DNA of 64,000 bases from Syntrophales bacterium (GTDB taxonomy: Bacteria > Desulfobacterota > Syntrophia > Syntrophales > UBA2210): positions 352,001-416,000 of the forward strand of contig CAXXNF010000002.1 of the NCBI GenBank assembly GCA_963666365.2, written 5' to 3'. The notes under the pieces were generated by a model that was not told the origin of the DNA, searched no databases, and worked only from the letters and a program-made list of their open reading frames with translations. The translations under genes were made by a program, and so were the position numbers. Position 1 is the first letter of the stretch. The number at the start of each line of letters is the position of its first letter. Shown here in pieces: positions 40,509 to 51,066 of the stretch.

Positions 40509-41708
40509 ATGAAGTTCATTGATGATATCGATATCAAAAACAAGAAATTGCTCTGTCGGTTCGATTACAATGTTCCCATGGATGAAAACCTTAATATTGT
40601 CGATGACAGAAGGATCAGGGCCTCGCTTCCGACGATCAATTACGCGCTGGATGAAGGGGCAAAAGTAATTGTGATATCCCATCTGGGGAGGCCGAAGGGT
40701 AATATGGTGCCGGGTTTAAGCCTTGCTCCTGTTGCAAAACGCCTTACACGACTTCTCGGAAAGGACGTGCCGCTGCTGAATGATTGCGTAGGCGAAGAAG
40801 TGGAAAAGGCCGTAAACGCGATGGAATCCGGCTGTATTCTCATGCTTGAAAATCTCAGGTTTCACATAGAAGAAACAAAAAACGACGCCTCTTTCGCGCA
40901 GCAGCTTGGAAGTATTGCCGATGTGTATATTGACGACGCCTTTGGAAATGCTCACAGAAGCCATGCCTCAAACGTGGGAATCACGGAATACGTCAAAGAA
41001 TGCGGCATGGGTTATTTGATGAAACGGGAGCTGAACTATTTTAAAGGGGCGCTGGAGAACCCTGTACGACCTTTTGTGGCCATAATCGGGGGTTCTAAAG
41101 TGTCGGATAAGCTGGAAGCGTTGGGGAATCTTATCGGACGGGTTGATAAAATGATTATCGGCGGCGGCATGGCGTTTACCTTCCTCAAGGCTCAGGGATA
41201 CGAGATCGGTAAATCAATTGTGGAGGAAGACCTCCTCGGCGTGGCGAGAAGAGGTATTGAGAGAGCCCGTGAATTGGGTGTGAAATTATATTTTCCCGTT
41301 GATTGTGTAATAGCTGAAAGCATGGATGCCAAGGCGGTGACGAAGATCGTTCCGATACAGGAGATATATCCGGATTGGATGGGCCTGGATATAGGTCCCG
41401 CGACGATTGCACTTTTCAGAGAAGTCCTCAATGATGCAAAGACGGTTATATGGAATGGTCCCATGGGAGTGTTCGAACTTGATGCGTTCTCACGGGGAAC
41501 CTACGCCATGGTCCACGCGATTGCCGCCTCTCATGCATTAACGATCGTCGGGGGGGGCGATACGGATGTGGCAGTTCACCGAACCGGTGAGAGCGACAGC
41601 ATTACCTATATATCAACGGGAGGCGGCGCATCGCTCGAACTTTTGGAAGGCAAGACGCTGCCGGCTATCCGCGCACTCGAGGAGTGCGAGAAGCGGTTGA
41701 ACAAGTGA
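40509..41708 (+). CDS. pgk: Phosphoglycerate kinase
   Basis: DYNVP, SHLGRP, LENLRF, GGSKVSDK, WNGPMG and STGGGASL motifs. Confidence 0.98.
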   Translation: MKFIDDIDIKNKKLLCRFDYNVPMDENLNIVDDRRIRASLPTINYALDEGAKVIVISHLGRPKGNMVPGLSLAPVAKRLTRLLGKDVPLLNDCVGEEVEKAVNAMESGCILMLENLRFHIEETKNDASFAQQLGSIADVYIDDAFGNAHRSHASNVGITEYVKECGMGYLMKRELNYFKGALENPVRPFVAIIGGSKVSDKLEALGNLIGRVDKMIIGGGMAFTFLKAQGYEIGKSIVEEDLLGVARRGIERARELGVKLYFPVDCVIAESMDAKAVTKIVPIQEIYPDWMGLDIGPATIALFREVLNDAKTVIWNGPMGVFELDAFSRGTYAMVHAIAASHALTIVGGGDTDVAVHRTGESDSITYISTGGGASLELLEGKTLPAIRALEECEKRLNK

Positions 41709-41731
41709 TCGAACTCGATTGCAATAAGAAC

Positions 41732-41763
41732 AAGGGTTAGCCGACGCCGGTTAACCCTTTTTT
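41732..41763 (+). terminator. Intrinsic terminator after pgk
   Basis: AAGGGTTAGCCG...CGGTTAACCCTT-TTTT. Confidence 0.75.
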
Positions 41764-41781
41764 ATGGGTGCGGTGCTCCTG

Positions 41782-42519
41782 ATGAGAAACATTCGAATAA
41801 TCGTCGAATACGACGGTACTTGTTACCACGGGTGGCAAAGGCAGCCAAACGGGATAACCATACAGCAGGTTCTTGAAGAGGCGGCGGGCAGGATTGTGAA
41901 CAGGCCGGTAAAGATTGTCGGCTCCGGACGAACGGACGCCGGCGTTCATGCACTGAATCAGGTTGCACATTTTCAAACGGAATCGACACTCCCGGCGTGC
42001 AATCTTCTGAGAGGGATAAACAGTCTCATGCCTGCCGATATTGTCATCAAAGACCTGGCCGATGCGGAGGAGGGCTTTCACGCCCGTTATGACGCCAGGT
42101 CTAAAATTTATCTCTATTACCTACATAATGAATTGATTCGATCACCGCTCTTTGACCGATATTCATGGCATGTGTCAGGGCGTCTTGATGTCGATCGCAT
42201 GCGCAAAGCGGCTGAATACCTGCGGGGAACGCATGATTTTTCTTCCTTTTGCGCTGCCGGGGGAGATGTGATTGATCACGTGAGAAAGGTTTTCGGAATA
42301 TCCCTGTGCCGTCGCGCCCATGGTCTGATCAGTTTTTTAATAGAAGCAGACGGGTTTTTGAGATATATGGTGAGGAATATTGTGGGAACGCTGGTCGATG
42401 CAGGCAGCGGTAAGATCAATCCGGAGGATGTGAGGGATATACTGGCATCTCAAAACCGCACAGCGGCAGGAATAACGGCGCCGCCGAGGGGCCTGTTCCT
42501 TAAGGAAGTGAAGTATTGA
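41782..42519 (+). CDS. truA: tRNA pseudouridine(38-40) synthase
   Basis: YDGT.Y.GWQRQ, GRTDAGVHA and FLRYMVR motifs. Confidence 0.96.
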   Translation: MRNIRIIVEYDGTCYHGWQRQPNGITIQQVLEEAAGRIVNRPVKIVGSGRTDAGVHALNQVAHFQTESTLPACNLLRGINSLMPADIVIKDLADAEEGFHARYDARSKIYLYYLHNELIRSPLFDRYSWHVSGRLDVDRMRKAAEYLRGTHDFSSFCAAGGDVIDHVRKVFGISLCRRAHGLISFLIEADGFLRYMVRNIVGTLVDAGSGKINPEDVRDILASQNRTAAGITAPPRGLFLKEVKY

Positions 42520-43370
42520 TGAAAATTCTTGTCGTGGGACACAGAGGGATGCTGGGAAGTGAACTGATGAAGGCCTTCGGGGCGCACCACGAGGTTGAAG
42601 GCAGGGATGTGGACAGGCTCGATATTACCTCGCTGCCGCAGTGCCTTGATGCCGTAGCCGACAGCGCACCTCAGGCAGTAATTAATGCGGCCGCCTATAC
42701 CGATGTAGAGGGGAGCGAGCATAATTATGCGCAATGTAGTGCAATCAACGGGGACGGTGTACGAAACCTGGCCGTCGCCTGCAGCAAATTCAACCGTACG
42801 ATGATGGTTCACTTTTCAACGGACTATGTATTCGATGGTACAAAGGGAGCTCCCTACGAAGAAGAGGATACATGCACACCGATCAATGCCTATGGAAGAT
42901 CGAAACTGGAGGGAGAATGCAACCTCAGGGAAGAGCTTCCCGGCAGACACATACTGATCAGAACGTCCTGGCTGTTTGGCAAAAACGGAAAAAATTTTGT
43001 AAGGTCAATTATTGAAAAGGCGGAATCGCAGCGGGAATTATCCGTGGTGAATGACCAGATTGGGTCGCCCACCTATGCAAAGGATCTTGCCCATGCGGTG
43101 AATATCTTGGTCGAGGGAGGTCACAGAGGGACATTTCACATAACGAACAGGGGGCGCTGCAGCTGGTACGAATATGCCTGTAAGATTGTCGAGTATGCCT
43201 GTATGAAGGGAATCGTCGTGACTCCCGTTTCATCGGCCGATTACAGGACGGAGGCTGCGCGTCCCGCATATTCAGTGCTGAGTTCAAGGAAATTCATGAA
43301 AGTGACTCATAAAACCATGCGGTTTTGGCAGGTTGCCCTTTCCGAGTTTATCGAAAAAATGAATTATTGA
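42516..43370 (+). CDS. rfbD: dTDP-4-dehydrorhamnose reductase
   Basis: G..GMLG, NAAAYTDV, STDYVFDG, YGRSK and DQIGSPT motifs. Confidence 0.94.
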   Translation: MMKILVVGHRGMLGSELMKAFGAHHEVEGRDVDRLDITSLPQCLDAVADSAPQAVINAAAYTDVEGSEHNYAQCSAINGDGVRNLAVACSKFNRTMMVHFSTDYVFDGTKGAPYEEEDTCTPINAYGRSKLEGECNLREELPGRHILIRTSWLFGKNGKNFVRSIIEKAESQRELSVVNDQIGSPTYAKDLAHAVNILVEGGHRGTFHITNRGRCSWYEYACKIVEYACMKGIVVTPVSSADYRTEAARPAYSVLSSRKFMKVTHKTMRFWQVALSEFIEKMNY

Positions 43371-43453
43371 TTTCTGTCTGCCTCGCTTTCCCCCGATCTA
43401 TTGCGGGAAACCCTGCGTAATTTCATTCAGAAGGTTCTACAGAGAGGTGTACT

Positions 43454-45244
43454 GTGAAAGGCAAAATTGTGGTGATGGCCGAAGATCTTGCACACAAGAT
43501 CGCCGCCGGGGAAGTGGTGGAGCGACCTGCATCAATTGTAAAGGAGTTGCTTGAAAATTCCATCGATGCCGGCGCCACGGATATTACCGTTGAAATTGAA
43601 GGTGGGGGCAATGCCTTGATACAGGTCCGGGACAACGGAGAGGGAATTGAAGCATCCGATGTGCCGCTGGTTTTTCAGCGACACGCGACAAGCAAGATCT
43701 ATTCTTTTGATGATCTCTATCACATCAATTCTCTGGGATTTCGAGGGGAGGCAATGAGCAGCATCGCCGCAGTGTCCCGTGTGGAAATGGTCACGAAGAC
43801 GAAAGATGCCGTTGCCGGGACAAAAATTCTCGTGGATGGCGGGACGGTCAGGGAGATTGTCGATGTGGGGTGTCCGGAGGGAACATTGATCAGGGTGAGC
43901 GACATCTTTTACAATACGCCGGTTCGCAGAAAATTCATGAAAAAGGCATCGACGGAACAGTCACATTGCCTTGAGGTGATTTCCAGGCTTGCACTTGCGA
44001 GGCCTCGCATAAAATTCCGAGTAATAAGTGGAACGAAAACGCTTCTTAACGTGCAAAAAACGGCTGATCTGGAAGAGAGGATTGCACTGGTTCTCGGAGG
44101 CGATTTCCGGAACCATGCACTGTCGGTCGACGGCATGCGGGGCGCCATGCGTCTGAGGGGCCTTGCCGCCGGACCTTCCTTCACACGATCAAACGGAAAC
44201 AACATTATTATTTACGTAAACAATCGTGTGGTCCGTGACGGTCTTCTCAATCAGGCGGTTTTGGCCGCCTACCGTCCCGCGATAGAGGCAAGGAAATACC
44301 CGGCGGCGGTACTGTTTCTCGATATCCCGCCGGAAGAAGTGGATGTCAATGTGCATCCTGCAAAACGAGAGGTCAGATTCAGGGAGCCGGGCACGATATT
44401 CGGGTTTATTTCATCGGTGCTTGCGGAAAGGCTGGCGAAAATAGATATTGCCCAGGGCGCCGCAGTGTATGAAAAAAAACCATTGACCTCCGGTGCGGCG
44501 TCGGATGGACGAAAGGGCGTAGCCGAGGCATTGAGGCGGTATACGCTCTCTTCAGGGACAAAGTCGCTGTTCCCCGCGGCAGAAGTCCATGCCTCTGCCT
44601 CCCGCTCCCCGGAAAAGATGGTCTTCCCTTCGTCGTCGGAACCGTACGACAAGAACGCCGGCGATCTCACATTCTCGTCCCTGCAGTTTATGGGACAGAT
44701 TGGCGGCACCTACCTTGTGTTTTCCTCAGGAGATCGGCTGGTACTCATAGACCAGCATGCCGCCCATGAAAGAATACTCTTCGAGAGATTAAAGAGATCA
44801 GAGGCGAAAAGCCAAAGTCAACGGTTGTTGCTTCCTGAAATTGTGGAATTCACACCGGCGGATCATGCGCGTTTCATAGAACAGAGCCAGTTCTTCACCG
44901 ATGCTGGGTTTGAGATCGAGCCTCTCGGTGCGCACACCATCTCAGTGAAGGCCGTGCCTGCACTACTTTCAGGCGAGGACATTTCCCTTCTTATTCAGGA
45001 TGCAATAGATGAAATTGAGAAAACGGGAAAGAATGACACCCTTGAAATTATGAAAGAAAGGCTGTTTGCCTTCATTGCCTGCCGGGCAGCGGTAAAGGCT
45101 CACCATCGAATGAGCGAAGAAGAGGCAGACCGTCTGTGTAAAGATCTTGATGCGACCCCTTACGGCGCCGCCTGTCCCCACGGCAGGCCGACATTCGTGA
45201 TAATAGACGCCGCCGCGTTGGAAAGAATGTTTAAAAGGAGATAG
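43454..45244 (+). CDS. mutL: DNA mismatch repair endonuclease MutL
   Basis: IAAGEVVERP, GFRGEA, DQHAAHER and CPHGRP motifs. Confidence 0.97.
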   Translation: MKGKIVVMAEDLAHKIAAGEVVERPASIVKELLENSIDAGATDITVEIEGGGNALIQVRDNGEGIEASDVPLVFQRHATSKIYSFDDLYHINSLGFRGEAMSSIAAVSRVEMVTKTKDAVAGTKILVDGGTVREIVDVGCPEGTLIRVSDIFYNTPVRRKFMKKASTEQSHCLEVISRLALARPRIKFRVISGTKTLLNVQKTADLEERIALVLGGDFRNHALSVDGMRGAMRLRGLAAGPSFTRSNGNNIIIYVNNRVVRDGLLNQAVLAAYRPAIEARKYPAAVLFLDIPPEEVDVNVHPAKREVRFREPGTIFGFISSVLAERLAKIDIAQGAAVYEKKPLTSGAASDGRKGVAEALRRYTLSSGTKSLFPAAEVHASASRSPEKMVFPSSSEPYDKNAGDLTFSSLQFMGQIGGTYLVFSSGDRLVLIDQHAAHERILFERLKRSEAKSQSQRLLLPEIVEFTPADHARFIEQSQFFTDAGFEIEPLGAHTISVKAVPALLSGEDISLLIQDAIDEIEKTGKNDTLEIMKERLFAFIACRAAVKAHHRMSEEEADRLCKDLDATPYGAACPHGRPTFVIIDAAALERMFKRR

Positions 45245-45251
45245 TGCATAT

Positions 45252-46208
45252 ATGATCATCGCGGCAGCCGAAAAGCCGAGAGTAGTGATAATCCTTGGTC
45301 CCACGGCCGCAGGGAAGACGAGAGCGGCCATTGAGATGGCTCCACGGTTTTCGGGAGAGATTATCAGTGCCGACTCAATGCAGGTGTATCGGTACCTGAA
45401 CATCGGCACAGCAAAACCAAAGGCGGAAGAACAACGAAGTGTGAGACACCACCTCATTGATGTGGTCGACCCGGATGAGGAGTACAGCGCCGCCCGCTTT
45501 GCCGAAGAGGCCGGTCTGTGTATTGAGAAAATCATTGCACAGGGTAAGGTTCCCTTTATTGTAGGTGGAACCGGATTGTATATCGACTCGCTTCTTGGAG
45601 GGCTTATTGAAGGTCCGCCGGCCGATCCGGAACTGAGGGCGTATTATAAAAGACACGCTGTACAGCACGGCAGTTCAGACCTTCATCAACTACTTCACAG
45701 ACGCGATGCGGCGGCGGCCGCGAGAATTCATCCTCACGATACGGTCAGAATAATCCGGGCGCTTGAGGTGTGGGAATACACCGGCCGGTCGATCGTATCC
45801 CGTCAGAGAGACCATGGGTTCAAGGAAGAGAGGTATTATTGTATAAAGATAGGATTGAATGCGGAAAGGTCCCATCTTTTCGAAAGAATCAGCGAAAGGG
45901 CAACCCGAATGATTCAGGACGGATTGATTCAGGAAGTGGAGGATCTGCTTTCCAGGGGGTACCCTGACAGGTGTCTCCCCTTGCAGTCATTTTCATATCG
46001 ATCAGTCATGGAATTTCTTAAGGGTAAACTTTCCATTGAGGAGATGCATAGCATTATAGCACGGGACACACGGCATTATGCAAAGCGCCAGCTGACCTGG
46101 TTTAAGCGGGACAATCACATTGTGTGGTTTAAGCCCCGGGAATCCGATCGTATCGAGGAAACGGTACGACAGTTTCTGGAATCTCCGGATACCAGGCCAG
46201 TCGATTGA
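45252..46208 (+). CDS. miaA: tRNA dimethylallyltransferase
   Basis: GPTAAGKT, DSMQVY, GGTGLY and YAKRQLTW motifs. Confidence 0.97.
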   Translation: MIIAAAEKPRVVIILGPTAAGKTRAAIEMAPRFSGEIISADSMQVYRYLNIGTAKPKAEEQRSVRHHLIDVVDPDEEYSAARFAEEAGLCIEKIIAQGKVPFIVGGTGLYIDSLLGGLIEGPPADPELRAYYKRHAVQHGSSDLHQLLHRRDAAAAARIHPHDTVRIIRALEVWEYTGRSIVSRQRDHGFKEERYYCIKIGLNAERSHLFERISERATRMIQDGLIQEVEDLLSRGYPDRCLPLQSFSYRSVMEFLKGKLSIEEMHSIIARDTRHYAKRQLTWFKRDNHIVWFKPRESDRIEETVRQFLESPDTRPVD

Positions 46209-46336
46209 AAAATTATCGCTGCGGCTGAGATATGTTTTTTCAACTCTGCAGAGAACGCCGGAAAACTACTTGACTTCCCCATGGTATGAATATAACTATT
46301 CAACCGATATTTATCGGTGACTTACTGAGGACGCAC

Positions 46337-47488
46337 ATGAATCTCGGTTCAACGGAAAATCGAATCATCGTCGGGAAGAAATACGCCAGGATTCTGCTGG
46401 GGATCCTTTATTGTGTTGTTGCCATCTCCTGCACGGTTTCCGAGCGAAAACCCCTGAGCATTCTTGATACGTCGCATCATCATACCTATACGGGCATTGT
46501 TATGATGAAGCAGGGAAAGTACAGGGACGCAAGGCGTGAGTTCGATCTTTCACTGGAACTCAATAATAAAGAAGCGAAGAGCTATGCTGGAATAGCCCTT
46601 ATTAACGCATACGAGGGTGAATACAAAAGCGCTTTCGAATATATGGCGAAAGCGGAACAGTACGCCCAAAAAAAGGAAGAAAAACTTTTTGTGTACATTG
46701 GAAAATTGAGACTCTACACGATGAGCCGGGAGGGAGAAGACTGGATATCGAAGGCCCGCAGTCAATTCGAAAGTGCCTGTGCAATTAATTCACGCGCATC
46801 GGTTGCATACTATTTCATGGGACTTGCGTTCAAAATGAACTTTGAATTCAGCAATGCGGGCGCCATGTTTGTCAAGGTGCTTGATCTCAATGATGAATAC
46901 GTGGAAGAGGCAAACAGGGAATGGAAACTCATAAAGAAAATATTGAGCGTACAGCCTTTAACCCTGACCGGGAAAAAGATTGCTATCGCAGATACGGTGA
47001 CGAGAGCGGAAGTTGCCGCGCTGCTTATAGAAGAATTACAACTCGATGAACTTTACAGGAGGCTGGGAATACAAAATTCGGAAACCCTTGCCGCGCAAAT
47101 TCAATCGAAGGCAGCGCCATACCCGTATCAGGGGGATGTGGAGAAAATCCTTCAAATCGGGGTGAAAGGACTGGAATTGTATCCCGATGGTGAGTTTCAT
47201 CCTCACGATTTGGTCACAAGGGTAATATTGGCCGTTATAATTGTCGATGTAATGAAAAAAATCACAAAAGATGTCTCCCTCGTGCAGTCCTATGAGGCCA
47301 TGGCGTCGCCCTACAAGAACCTGAGTCAGGATTTGCCCTATTACGGAGAGATCATGACCGTTCTGTCAATAGGGATAATGGACGCGGGGACATTGACATC
47401 AAGCAGGCTGGCGCCCTACGAGCCGCTGTCAGGGATCGATGCGCTTGTCGCACTGCAAGAGCTGAAGGACGTGCTCATTAATTTATGA
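46337..47488 (+). CDS. Putative lipoprotein with TPR repeats and C-terminal SLH-like segments
   Basis: Hydrophobic N-terminus ending VAISC. TPR-like helices; VTRAEVA and YPDGEFHPHDLVTR SLH-like motifs. Confidence 0.75.
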   Translation: MNLGSTENRIIVGKKYARILLGILYCVVAISCTVSERKPLSILDTSHHHTYTGIVMMKQGKYRDARREFDLSLELNNKEAKSYAGIALINAYEGEYKSAFEYMAKAEQYAQKKEEKLFVYIGKLRLYTMSREGEDWISKARSQFESACAINSRASVAYYFMGLAFKMNFEFSNAGAMFVKVLDLNDEYVEEANREWKLIKKILSVQPLTLTGKKIAIADTVTRAEVAALLIEELQLDELYRRLGIQNSETLAAQIQSKAAPYPYQGDVEKILQIGVKGLELYPDGEFHPHDLVTRVILAVIIVDVMKKITKDVSLVQSYEAMASPYKNLSQDLPYYGEIMTVLSIGIMDAGTLTSSRLAPYEPLSGIDALVALQELKDVLINL

Positions 47489-47558
47489 TGAATGCCGCTG
47501 TCGATGCGCCATATGTTTCTGGGGCGATAAAAAACTGATTCACAGGGAAGTATATACT

Positions 47559-50216
47559 ATGACGAAGGAAGAATTGAACAAATCGTACGAGCCTCGTGAA
47601 GTTGAGGCGAAATGGTATCAGGAATGGCTGGAAAAATCGTTTTTCAGGGCTGAGGACAAAAGTGATAAACAACCCTTTGCAATAGTGATTCCACCACCAA
47701 ATGTCACGGGAATGCTCCATATGGGTCATGCCCTGAACAATACCCTCCAGGACATCGTGATCCGTCGAAAAAGAATGCAGGGCTGCAATGCGCTTTGGAT
47801 GCCCGGCACTGATCATGCGGGTATTGCCACACAGAATGTGGTGGAACAGGAGCTGGCCAAAGAGGGGATAAGCAGGCATGACATAGGGCGAGAAGCATTC
47901 ATCGAACGGGTTTGGGAATGGCGTGAAAAATACGGCGGCATAATATTGAACCAGTTGAGAAAGCTGGGATGTTCCTGTGACTGGTCGCGTGAGCGGTTTA
48001 CCATGGATGAGGGGCTTTCAAGAGCAGTGCGAGAGGTGTTTGTGCGCCTCTATAAAGACGGCATGATCTATCAGGATGATTACATTGTCAACTGGTGCCC
48101 TCGATGCCATACGGCGATATCGGATCTGGAAGTCGAATACGAAACGGAGGCAACCCATCTGTGGCACATCCGGTATCCCTATGCGGATGGCGCCGGTGAA
48201 ATAGTCGTTGCCACCACGCGTCCTGAAACAATGCTTGGTGATACCGCCGTAGCGGTAAATCCCGATGATGAGCGGTACAAAGACATAATCGGAAAGACGG
48301 TGATTCTCCCGCTGATGAACAAGGAAATACCTGTAATAGCGGACGACTACGTGTCGAAAGAATTCGGCACGGGTGCGGTGAAGATTACTCCGTCCGCCGA
48401 TCCGAACGACTTCGCCATGGCGCAACGGCACAACCTGGACATCGTCATCATTATGGACGGCCATGCAATCATCAATGAAAATGGCGGTTCCTATCAGGGT
48501 CAGGACTGTTATACCTGCAGAAAGAATGTGGTGGAAGACCTCAAGACCCAGGGATACTTTATCAAAGAGGAACCTTACACGCACAATGTAGGGCGCTGCT
48601 ACCGGTGCAAGACCGTGGTTGAACCCATGGTTTCGAAACAGTGGTTCGTCAGGGTCAAGGAACTTTCCCGGGCCGCAACTGCAGCAGTGGTAAAGGGTGA
48701 AACGAAAATTGTGCCACCTATGTGGGAGGGCACCTATTTTGATTGGCTTGAAAATATCCGAGACTGGTGTATATCACGACAGATATGGTGGGGACATAGA
48801 ATCCCTGTGTGGTATTGTGACGAGTGCGGAAAAATTATCGTGGCGACGGAGGCGCCGAAAGAATGTCCCGAATGCGCCAATAGTTCGCTCAGACAGGATG
48901 AGGACGTACTGGACACGTGGTTCAGTTCCGGTCTCTGGCCTTTCTCTACGCTCGGATGGCCCGACGATACCGAAGCCCTTGCCACGTTTTACCCCACATC
49001 GCTTCTGATTACGGGATTCGATATCATATTCTTCTGGGTGGCCAGAATGATGATGATGGGGCTTTACGTCATGAAGGATGTCCCCTTCCGCACCGTCTAT
49101 CTCCATGCCCTTGTCCGCGACGAAAAGGGCGATAAAATGAGCAAGTCCAAGGGAAACATCATTGATCCGCTCAAAATGATTGATAAATACGGTGCCGATG
49201 CCTTTCGGTTTACCCTGGCTGCCTTTACCGCACAGGGACGGGACGTCAAAATGTCGGAGGCGAGGATCGAAGGGTACCGACATTTTGTCAACAAGCTCTG
49301 GAATGCCTCCAGATTTTGCATGATGAATCTGGAAGACGACAATGAAGAGGGTGGTGTGAAAAGTGAAGACTATTCGCTGGCAGATCGCTGGATCAAAGCA
49401 AGGTTAAATCAGACGATCATCGACGTAAACGGGGCGCTTGAGGAGTACCGATTTAATGATGCAACGGGAAAGCTCTATCAATTCGTATGGCATGAGTTCT
49501 GCGACTGGTATCTCGAGATGATAAAGCCTGTCCTTTATGGGACCGATTCGCAGGGCGCAAAGCGGGCTGCCCGGGAAACATTGCGTATCGTGCTGAGGGA
49601 TGCCATAAAACTCCTTCATCCCTTCATTCCTTTTGTGACGGAAGAAATATGGCAGCACATTGCCGACAACGGCAAATCGATTATGATAAGCGAGTATCCG
49701 GAACCACGGGAAGAACTGATCGACCGCGAAGCGGATGCCAGGGTTGCATTTTTGAAGGACATTATCACATCGATACGCAATATCAGAGGAGTCATGCATG
49801 TCCCTCCGTCCAAGAAAATGAAAGCGATAGTGGCCTGTCCCGAGGAATCGCTGCGGCACGTTGCAGTGGAAGGCAAGGATTATATCATCGATCTTGCCGG
49901 CCTCAGCGAATGTGCCGTTGTTGACGAGGCCATTGAGCCGGAAGGCGCCGCCGTCGGGGTGGTCGGTTCAGTGAAGGTGTACGTATTTCTTGGCGGGATG
50001 ATCGATATTGCAAAAGAGCGGGCACGGCTTGAAAAGGAACGGGCAAAAATCACGAAGGACATGGAAGTCGTATCGAAAAAACTGGCAAATCCTCACTTTA
50101 TGGAAAAGGCCTCGGAAGAGATAGTCCGGAAAGAAGAGGATAAATACGCCGCGCTGAAGGAAAAAGACGGCATCCTTCAGGACGCATTGATGAATCTTTC
50201 AACCATCAGGGTATAG
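47559..50216 (+). CDS. valS: Valine-tRNA ligase
   Basis: PPPNVTG.LHMGH, DWCISRQ and KMSKS motifs; C-terminal coiled coil. Confidence 0.98.
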   Translation: MTKEELNKSYEPREVEAKWYQEWLEKSFFRAEDKSDKQPFAIVIPPPNVTGMLHMGHALNNTLQDIVIRRKRMQGCNALWMPGTDHAGIATQNVVEQELAKEGISRHDIGREAFIERVWEWREKYGGIILNQLRKLGCSCDWSRERFTMDEGLSRAVREVFVRLYKDGMIYQDDYIVNWCPRCHTAISDLEVEYETEATHLWHIRYPYADGAGEIVVATTRPETMLGDTAVAVNPDDERYKDIIGKTVILPLMNKEIPVIADDYVSKEFGTGAVKITPSADPNDFAMAQRHNLDIVIIMDGHAIINENGGSYQGQDCYTCRKNVVEDLKTQGYFIKEEPYTHNVGRCYRCKTVVEPMVSKQWFVRVKELSRAATAAVVKGETKIVPPMWEGTYFDWLENIRDWCISRQIWWGHRIPVWYCDECGKIIVATEAPKECPECANSSLRQDEDVLDTWFSSGLWPFSTLGWPDDTEALATFYPTSLLITGFDIIFFWVARMMMMGLYVMKDVPFRTVYLHALVRDEKGDKMSKSKGNIIDPLKMIDKYGADAFRFTLAAFTAQGRDVKMSEARIEGYRHFVNKLWNASRFCMMNLEDDNEEGGVKSEDYSLADRWIKARLNQTIIDVNGALEEYRFNDATGKLYQFVWHEFCDWYLEMIKPVLYGTDSQGAKRAARETLRIVLRDAIKLLHPFIPFVTEEIWQHIADNGKSIMISEYPEPREELIDREADARVAFLKDIITSIRNIRGVMHVPPSKKMKAIVACPEESLRHVAVEGKDYIIDLAGLSECAVVDEAIEPEGAAVGVVGSVKVYVFLGGMIDIAKERARLEKERAKITKDMEVVSKKLANPHFMEKASEEIVRKEEDKYAALKEKDGILQDALMNLSTIRV

Positions 50217-50217
50217 T

Positions 50218-51066
50218 ATGGACGTCACAGGCAGCATACATGATCTGGTGTTGCGGGCTCTTGATGAAGATATAGGATCGGGGGATGTAACCGCCTCTGC
50301 CCTGCTCGGAGAGTGTGAAAAGGGAGAGGCCAGAGCAATTGCGAAAAGCCCTCTTGTGGTTGCAGGTCTCGATGTGTTCAGGGAAGTGTTTATGGCGGTG
50401 GACAGTGCCGTTGAACTGCAAGGCGATCACCAGGATGGTGACCGCCTTGAGACAGGCGAAGAGATTGCCCGAGTTACCGGCCTGTGTAAGGGCATTCTTA
50501 TGGCTGAGCGGGTGGCCCTGAATTTTCTCCAGCGTATGAGCGGCATTGCCACATTGACCAGCGCCTTCGTAAAAGAAGTTGCCGGTACGGGGGTGCGCAT
50601 ACTCGATACGAGAAAAACGACGCCGGGAATGAGAATTCTGGAAAAGTACGCAGTACGGGTTGGCGGAGGCCTGAATCACCGCTTCGGTCTTTACGGCGGA
50701 GCGATGATAAAGGAAAATCATATTGCCGCAGCCGGCGGGATAGCCGAAGCGGTCGAAAAGGTGAGAAGGAGCATACCGCCGACGCTGAAGGTGGAACTGG
50801 AAGTAAAAAATATTTCGGAAGTGAAAGAGGCCTTGAACGCGAAGGTTGATATCATCATGCTTGATAACATGGCCTCCGGCGACATGCGCGACGCCGTAAC
50901 GCTGATAGCGAAAAGGGCGCTCGTTGAAGCCTCCGGCAATGTCACCCTTTCCAATGTACGGGAAATTGCACAGACCGGTGTGGATTTTATATCAATCGGT
51001 GTACTGACTCATTCTGCTCCTGCGGCAGACATATCTCTTCTTGTTGACAACTTGCGACGGCAATGA
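50218..51066 (+). CDS. nadC: Quinolinate phosphoribosyltransferase
   Basis: DTRKTTPG, NHR.GL, IMLDN and EASG motifs. Confidence 0.96.
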   Translation: MDVTGSIHDLVLRALDEDIGSGDVTASALLGECEKGEARAIAKSPLVVAGLDVFREVFMAVDSAVELQGDHQDGDRLETGEEIARVTGLCKGILMAERVALNFLQRMSGIATLTSAFVKEVAGTGVRILDTRKTTPGMRILEKYAVRVGGGLNHRFGLYGGAMIKENHIAAAGGIAEAVEKVRRSIPPTLKVELEVKNISEVKEALNAKVDIIMLDNMASGDMRDAVTLIAKRALVEASGNVTLSNVREIAQTGVDFISIGVLTHSAPAADISLLVDNLRRQ

